Positions 27,578-28,749 of a stretch of DNA of 28,749 nucleotides are shown one piece after another (position 1 is the stretch's first letter; each line of letters opens with the position of its first letter). Below the pieces are notes generated by a model. The model did not search any database. It was not told the DNA's origin and saw only the letters and a program-made list of their open reading frames with translations. The position numbers and the translations under genes are program-made. Origin of the DNA: an uncultured Bacteroidia bacterium (GTDB lineage: Bacteria > Bacteroidota > Bacteroidia > Bacteroidales > UBA932). The stretch spans positions 1 through 28,749 of the forward strand of contig CADBUS010000078.1 of assembly GCA_902797895.1 (NCBI GenBank), given 5' to 3'.

Positions 27578-28749
27578 ATGACTCTGATTAAATCAATTTC
27601 CGGAATTAGAGGAACTATAGGCGGAGAGGTGGGCAATTCCCTCTCCCCTATTGATATTGTGAAGTTTACAGCCGCTTACTGCACTCTCCTCAAAAAGAGA
27701 AACAGCGGTAAAAAGCTAAAGATTGTAGTTGGAGCGGATGCTCGCCTGAGCAGAGAGATGGTAAACAGATGCGTTTGCGGAACTCTGCTTGGTTGCGGAG
27801 CCGACATTATAGATGCCGGCCTGGCCTCCACCCCAACCACAGAGATGGCCGTAATACTCTCAAAAGCAGATGGCGGAATAATACTCACCGCCTCCCACAA
27901 TCCAAGGCAGTGGAACGCCCTAAAACTGCTCAACAGCAAAGGCGAGTTCCTTACTGCGGAAGATGGAGAGGAACTATTGCAAATAGCAGAAAAAGAGGAG
28001 TTTGAGTTTGTAGATGTAGATGCTTTGGGCAAAGCTGAGCAGAGAGATTTTACTATGGCTCATATAGATGCAGTTCTTGCAGACAGCTTGGTGGATGCCT
28101 CTGCCATTAAGGCCGCAAAGTTTAAGGTTGTTTTAGATGCCATAAATTCTGTAGGAGGAGTTACAATGCCACTCCTTTTGGAAAAACTTGGAGTTGAGTG
28201 CATTAAGCTCAACTGCGAGCCTACAGGCGACTTTGCCCACAATCCGGAACCGCTCCCTCAAAACCTTGTAGAGCTCTCAGAGAGAGTAGTTAAGGAAGGG
28301 GCAGATATGGGTATCTCGGTAGATCCCGATGTAGATCGCCTCGCCTTTATGTGCGAAGACGGCACACCATTCGGAGAGGAATATACACTTGTGAGCGTAG
28401 CCTCATACGTACTTGAAAAGAACCCTGGAGCAACAGTTTCAAATCTCTCATCTACAAGAGCTTTAAGAGATGTTACCGAGGCGGCAGGGCAGAAATACCA
28501 CCCCGCTGCAGTTGGAGAGGTTAATGTTACCTCAAAGATGCACGAGGTTGGAGCTGTAATCGGCGGAGAGGGCAATGGAGGAGTCATCTACCCTGCTCTC
28601 CACCACGGCAGAGATGCCTATATGGGAGTTGCACTCTTCCTTACAAACCTGGCACATAAGAGGTTAAAGATGACTCAGCTCAGAGATTCATATCCTCAAT
28701 ACTTTATATCAAAGAACAGAATAGAGGTAGCGGATAGTGCTGTTGCAGC
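27578..28749 (+). CDS. glmM: Phosphoglucosamine mutase (runs off the window; absent from the ORF track)
   Basis: MTLIKSISGIRGTIGG, TASHNP (phosphoserine), DPDVDRL (metal loop), GGEGNGG. A phosphomannomutase paralog cannot be excluded. Confidence 0.85.
   Translation, partial: MTLIKSISGIRGTIGGEVGNSLSPIDIVKFTAAYCTLLKKRNSGKKLKIVVGADARLSREMVNRCVCGTLLGCGADIIDAGLASTPTTEMAVILSKADGGIILTASHNPRQWNALKLLNSKGEFLTAEDGEELLQIAEKEEFEFVDVDALGKAEQRDFTMAHIDAVLADSLVDASAIKAAKFKVVLDAINSVGGVTMPLLLEKLGVECIKLNCEPTGDFAHNPEPLPQNLVELSERVVKEGADMGISVDPDVDRLAFMCEDGTPFGEEYTLVSVASYVLEKNPGATVSNLSSTRALRDVTEAAGQKYHPAAVGEVNVTSKMHEVGAVIGGEGNGGVIYPALHHGRDAYMGVALFLTNLAHKRLKMTQLRDSYPQYFISKNRIEVADSAVA

Noticed and set aside
27676-28587. 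Short ORFs on both strands at the right end
   Set aside because: Shadows of the unreported glmM frame starting at 27578.

Overview
Chromosomal window from a Bacteroidales-like bacterium (Bacteroidota TAnnTTTG promoter boxes, A/T-rich leaders without Shine-Dalgarno motifs, standard genetic code). It is gene-dense; I saw no mobile element, CRISPR array or RNA gene. Order: lysA (partial, missing from the ORF track), a lipoprotein, an ECF sigma factor with a putative anti-sigma, a deoxyhypusine-synthase-like gene, two exported hypothetical proteins, iorA-iorB-aminotransferase-CoA transferase, a minus-strand recF-dciA-pdxB-DUF4301 unit, TPR-yebC, then one long tightly packed plus-strand run: mce-mmdA-oadG/mmdD-mmdC-mmdB (Na+-pumping methylmalonyl-CoA decarboxylase), V/A-type ATPase E-C-A-B-D-I-K, and glmM (partial, also missing from the track). 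Four main observations. (1) On a manual scan the palindromes CATG and CTAG appear absent from all 28.7 kb, while the other 14 palindromic 4-mers occur. (2) A Na+-pumping decarboxylase is apparently co-transcribed with a V/A-ATPase whose K subunit keeps the full Na+-binding signature, a candidate decarboxylation-phosphorylation module. (3) Aminotransferase, IOR and CoA transferase form a candidate amino-acid oxidation operon. (4) lysA and recF look leaderless. All counts are by eye and all family calls come from motif recognition, not database searches.
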